A stretch of 63,885 nucleotides of DNA, counting the filler, from Thermodesulfobacteriota bacterium (GTDB taxonomy: Bacteria > DASVDK01), in the NCBI GenBank assembly GCA_036381125.1. It is 7 parts of 7 records of this genome, joined end to end, with 100 filler letters (N's around TTAATTAATTAA, not from the genome) between each part and the next. Parts side by side here need not be neighbours in the genome. Positions count along the whole stretch, not along the records: positions 58,781 to 61,403 come from DASVDK010000011.1; positions 61,504 to 63,885 come from DASVDK010000035.1; 5 more parts are not named here. One strand, written 5' to 3'. Each line of letters begins with the position of its first letter. Positions within the stretch are counted from its first letter, which is position 1. A program made the translations under genes and the position numbers. The notes below the pieces were generated by a model that ran no database searches, was not told the origin of the DNA, and saw only the letters and a program-made list of their open reading frames with translations. Shown piece after piece: positions 60,700-63,885 of the stretch.

Positions 60700-60966
60700 A
60701 TGGGGGAGCGCATGCCCGTTCGCGCCGGAGGGGCGCTGACGATCGACGAGGCGGCGTCGCTCGTGGGCGTCGACCGCAAGACCGCCTACGCCTGCCTGCG
60801 TCACGGGCTCCTGCCGGGCGCCAAGGTGGGGGCCCGCTGGATCGTCCTGCGGGCCGACCTGGAGGCGTGGTTGCAGGGCGGCGGACGCGCCGAGCTCGAG
60901 GCGGCACGCGCCCTCGTGGCGCCGGCGAGGCGCGCGCCGAGGCGCCCGTCGCGCCCGCGCCGCTAG
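60700..60966 (+). CDS. excisionase-family helix-turn-helix protein
   Basis: LTIDEAA.LVGV...T.Y.....G.LP..KVG.RW.V; TAGAAT 6 nt upstream. Confidence 0.85.
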   Translation: MGERMPVRAGGALTIDEAASLVGVDRKTAYACLRHGLLPGAKVGARWIVLRADLEAWLQGGGRAELEAARALVAPARRAPRRPSRPRR

Positions 60967-60998
60967 CGCACGCCGACCCCGCTCCCGCCGATCGCTCC

Positions 60999-61403
60999 TC
61001 AGGAGACCTGCGCCGGGACGGCGGCGCGCGCCGCCAGGGCGAGCGTGTGCCGGGCGACCATCAGGTTCTCGTTGGTCGGCACGACCCACGCCGACGCCGC
61101 GCTACCCGGCGTCGAGATCCGGGGGCCGCCCGCCCGGTTGGCCGACTCGTCGAGCCGGATCCCCAGCCAGGCCGCGTCACGGCAGACCCGGGCGCGGATC
61201 TCGACCGCGTGCTCGCCGATCCCCCCGGTGAAGACCAGGGCGTCGAGCCCCCCCAGCGCCGCCGCCATCGAGCCCAGCTCGCGCGAGATCCGGTAGACGA
61301 AGAGGTCGATCGCCTCGCGCGCCTCTGCCGCGTCGCTCGCGAGGAGCGTCCGCATGTCCCCCGATATCCCCGACACGCCGAGGAGGCCGGACTCCTCGTA
61401 GAG
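60999..61403 (-). CDS. ackA: acetate kinase, C-terminal fragment
   Basis: ESGLLGVSGIS.DMR, LDALVFTGGIGEH, VVPTNE. Confidence 0.93.
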   Translation of the reverse strand, partial: LYEESGLLGVSGISGDMRTLLASDAAEAREAIDLFVYRISRELGSMAAALGGLDALVFTGGIGEHAVEIRARVCRDAAWLGIRLDESANRAGGPRISTPGSAASAWVVPTNENLMVARHTLALAARAAVPAQVS

Positions 61404-61503
61404 NNNNNNNNNNNNNNNNNNNNNNNNNNNNNNNNNNNNNNNNNNNNTTAATTAATTAANNNNNNNNNNNNNNNNNNNNNNNNNNNNNNNNNNNNNNNNN
61501 NNN
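61404..61503. other. artificial contig linker
   Basis: N-run with TTAATTAATTAA. Confidence 0.98.
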
Positions 61504-61505
61504 CG

Positions 61506-62384
61506 CCCTCAACCCTCCTGGAGGCGCCGACGATCGCGGCGCTGTCGGCCGTCGTCGCCGACCCCTCTCTGCAGGTCGAGCCGCTGGTGCGGATGCGGCG
61601 CGACGGGGACGGCCCTCCGCTCTTCATCGTCCACTCGATCTGGGGAGACGTGCTGGGCATGCGGGAGATCACCGCCGCGATGACCAGTGACGTCCCGGTC
61701 TACGGGCTGCGGGCGCGCGGCGTCCCGGCCGACGGAGCCGGTGAGGTCAGCGTCGAGGGCATGGCCCGGGACTACGTCGCGGTCATGCGGGGGGCGCAGC
61801 CGGCCGGGCCCTACCGCGTCACCGGGCACTCCTTCGGCGCCCTGATCGCCTTCGAGATCGCCCGACAGCTGGCCGCACAGGGCGAGATGGTCGAGTGGCT
61901 GGGGCTGATCGACGGGGAGCTGAGCACCGGCTGCCATCCGCCCGCAAGGCGCTGGGGACACCGCCTCGCGCTTCCATACCACTACCTGCGGGCCGCCCTC
62001 CGCGATCCTCGGGGAGCCCTGGGGACGGCCGCCCGCGTGGTCCCCGGCATGCTCCGCCGCGCGGCCCTGCGCCTCTTCCCCAAGGCGCCCCTGGAGAGCA
62101 GGCCGGCCGAGTGGCTCGAGGACGTGCCCGCCGCCGATCGGGAGCAGGCCGCCGTCTACCTGGAGGCCGCGGACGCCTACAGGCCGCGGCCCTACGCCGG
62201 CCCGGTCACCTACTTCCTCCCCGCTGTCCGCCGCTTCCACGTCTTCGCCGACCCGATGCCCGTCTGGCGGCGGGTCGCGCGCGGCGGGCTCACGGTCGAG
62301 CGGGTGCCGGGGCCCCACGTCGGCATGGTCCGCGGCGAGAGCGCCCGCCTGATCGCCCGGCGCATCGACCGGGACCTGGGCTAG
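61506..62384 (+). CDS. NRPS/PKS C-terminus: end of carrier domain plus thioesterase (5' truncated)
   Basis: LLEAPTIAAL (carrier-domain end), PLFIVH, GPY...GHSFG, VPGPH..M. Confidence 0.85.
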   Translation, partial: PSTLLEAPTIAALSAVVADPSLQVEPLVRMRRDGDGPPLFIVHSIWGDVLGMREITAAMTSDVPVYGLRARGVPADGAGEVSVEGMARDYVAVMRGAQPAGPYRVTGHSFGALIAFEIARQLAAQGEMVEWLGLIDGELSTGCHPPARRWGHRLALPYHYLRAALRDPRGALGTAARVVPGMLRRAALRLFPKAPLESRPAEWLEDVPAADREQAAVYLEAADAYRPRPYAGPVTYFLPAVRRFHVFADPMPVWRRVARGGLTVERVPGPHVGMVRGESARLIARRIDRDLG

Positions 62385-62414
62385 GTGCGGACCGGGCGCT
62401 GCTTAACTGGCTCC

Positions 62415-63005
62415 ATGAGAGCCGGTGCCCTCCTCGGCCTGCCCACGCTCGCCCTCGTCGCGGCCGCCGCGGCCGGCTGCGGCGGTTCCGGCAACGGCGG
62501 CGAAACCCGCACCACCGGTACCGCCGACCGCTCCTTCGGAGTGCACTTCGACCAGCCGGCGAGCCGGTCGCGCCTCAGCCGCGGCGATTGCTCCCGGCTG
62601 GCGCGCCTCGCCGAGAGGCAGGTCGGCCGCTCGCTGCGCCGTGCGCCCGAGCCCTCGCCCCCGCTCTCGCGATGCCACCTGAGCGGCGGGGGTGTCCAGG
62701 TGAGCGTCTACCTCGACGCCGCCTACGCGGCCCGCCAGCGATACGACAACCGCATGGTCGAGCAGGTCCAGTTCAACGCGCCGGACCAGGCGCGCCTGCC
62801 CCATCACGTGGCGGGGGTCGGCGACCCCTCGGCCGGCGACCACTACGCGAGCTGGATCCCCGCCTACCGGACCCTGTTCGCCGTGCGCGGCAACCGCTTC
62901 CTGACCGTGGCCTACTCGTCGCCCGGCCGCTCCCGCCGCGCCGCCGAGGCCGCGGAGGCGGCGCTGGCCCGCCGCGCCTTCCGGCTCTCGGCGCGGGAGG
63001 GCTAG
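62415..63005 (+). CDS. hypothetical lipoprotein
   Basis: AAAGC lipobox followed by a GS-rich linker. Confidence 0.7.
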   Translation: MRAGALLGLPTLALVAAAAAGCGGSGNGGETRTTGTADRSFGVHFDQPASRSRLSRGDCSRLARLAERQVGRSLRRAPEPSPPLSRCHLSGGGVQVSVYLDAAYAARQRYDNRMVEQVQFNAPDQARLPHHVAGVGDPSAGDHYASWIPAYRTLFAVRGNRFLTVAYSSPGRSRRAAEAAEAALARRAFRLSAREG

Positions 63006-63038
63006 CGACGACGCCCGCCTGGATGTTCGATTCCCGGT

Positions 63039-63885
63039 CTAGTAGTCGGCCTCGAAGCCGAGGCCGCTGGCGCGCTCGCCGGCGAGATCGACGATGTCGT
63101 CGATCACGGGCGCATGCCAGCCCTCCGCCCGGGCACGGTCGGCCATCGGGCCGAGAGCGTCGCCGACACGGCGGGCGACGGTCGCGGCGAGCATGCGCAG
63201 GTCATCGAAGTCGATGCCGCATTCTTCGCTGATCCACCCCATTTCAAGCAGGTAGACGCCCTGGTCGTAGTCCTCGTTGACGACCATCCCGACGTGCACC
63301 GGGATGTCGTAGACCACCGTGGAGGCGAGGTCGTAGAAGGGCGCCAGGCGGGTGCCGCCGTCCTCGTGGAGCAGGCTGAAGTTGCTGCCGTGGCCGTCGC
63401 CGTTGCCGATCACGTAGTTGAAGAAGGCGAGCGAGAGCAACAGCAGGATCGCGTCGGGCCGGTCGACCGCCTTGAGCAGGCCCGAGGCCTCGGCGAAGCC
63501 GGGCCCGCGACGCTCGGCGTCGTCGAGCGCGCTGTCGGGGCGGGGAAAGCCGAGGGCCTGGCAGAAGTCCTCCTGATGTAGGCGGGCGCCCCCCTCACGG
63601 TCGAAGCGGCGCGAGACGAGGCAGGTCCGGCCGTCCACCTCCTCCAGCGTGGCCTCGGCGACCGGAAGCCCGATCGAGCGGGCAAGCTCCATGCAGAAGA
63701 GCTCGTTGTGCAGGAGGTCGGGGAATTCGCCGGCTTCGGGCTTGATCACGTGCGTGCTCGGCGCCGATGCCGTGGGCATCGCCCAGCGCTCACCGGCCTC
63801 GTCCCGCAGCAGGGCAAGCTTGTGGCTGATGCCGGCGAGGCTGTAGCGAGGCAGTGGGCCGTCCGTCGGAGCGCCGTCGAGAAGG
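63039..63885 (-). CDS. hipA: HipA-family kinase/toxin (5' truncated)
   Basis: SLAGISHK, STHVIKP, NE..CM.LA, RFDR, HQEDFCQALG, GNGDGH.N, LAPFYD. Confidence 0.88.
   Translation of the reverse strand, partial: LLDGAPTDGPLPRYSLAGISHKLALLRDEAGERWAMPTASAPSTHVIKPEAGEFPDLLHNELFCMELARSIGLPVAEATLEEVDGRTCLVSRRFDREGGARLHQEDFCQALGFPRPDSALDDAERRGPGFAEASGLLKAVDRPDAILLLLSLAFFNYVIGNGDGHGSNFSLLHEDGGTRLAPFYDLASTVVYDIPVHVGMVVNEDYDQGVYLLEMGWISEECGIDFDDLRMLAATVARRVGDALGPMADRARAEGWHAPVIDDIVDLAGERASGLGFEADY

Noticed and set aside
60700-60966. Prophage or ICE marked by an excisionase
   Set aside because: No integrase or att site nearby; flanked by DUF4139 and ackA; such HTH genes are often stand-alone.

Overview
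The window is not contiguous. It is seven high-GC bacterial contigs joined by artificial 100-nt N/TTAATTAATTAA linkers: 1-18957, 19058-23045, 23146-35472, 35573-38255, 38356-58680, 58781-61403 and 61504-63885. It looks like a metagenome-assembled bin, so gene neighbourhoods cannot be read across the linkers. Contig 1 has a solo Cas4/Exo5-like Fe-S nuclease coupled to a conserved hypothetical gene, a PLD-VTT fusion, pcp, acnA, a decayed Ig-repeat gene, a GT2/LAB_N/ArnT lipid-modification operon with its own two-component system, a Vgb-family protein and pntAB. Contig 2 is a prophage fragment with two DNA methyltransferases and rusA. Contig 3 has transporters, small enzymes and an orphan type III Mod-like methyltransferase. 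Contig 4 has an LVIVD lipoprotein and a probable outer-membrane protein. Contig 5 has an mtoX-like gene with a sigma54 promoter, a Liv-type ABC transporter, a Fur/PerR-ahpCD unit, a three-subunit oxalate-oxidoreductase-like enzyme (YPIRP motif) linked to a FadR-type regulator, and an ABC / C-N lyase / cysteine hydrolase catabolic operon. Contigs 6-7 have DUF4139, an excisionase-type HTH, ackA, an NRPS thioesterase end and HipA. No rRNA, tRNA or CRISPR array was seen. The best leads are (1) a dispersed REP/REPIN-like element family with covarying arms and one-sided tandem expansion, (2) the OOR-like enzyme with an altered switch loop and a duplicated operator, (3) the solo Cas4/Exo5 gene pair, and (4) the EDDS-lyase-like catabolic operon. 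All product calls come from motif recognition, not database searches.
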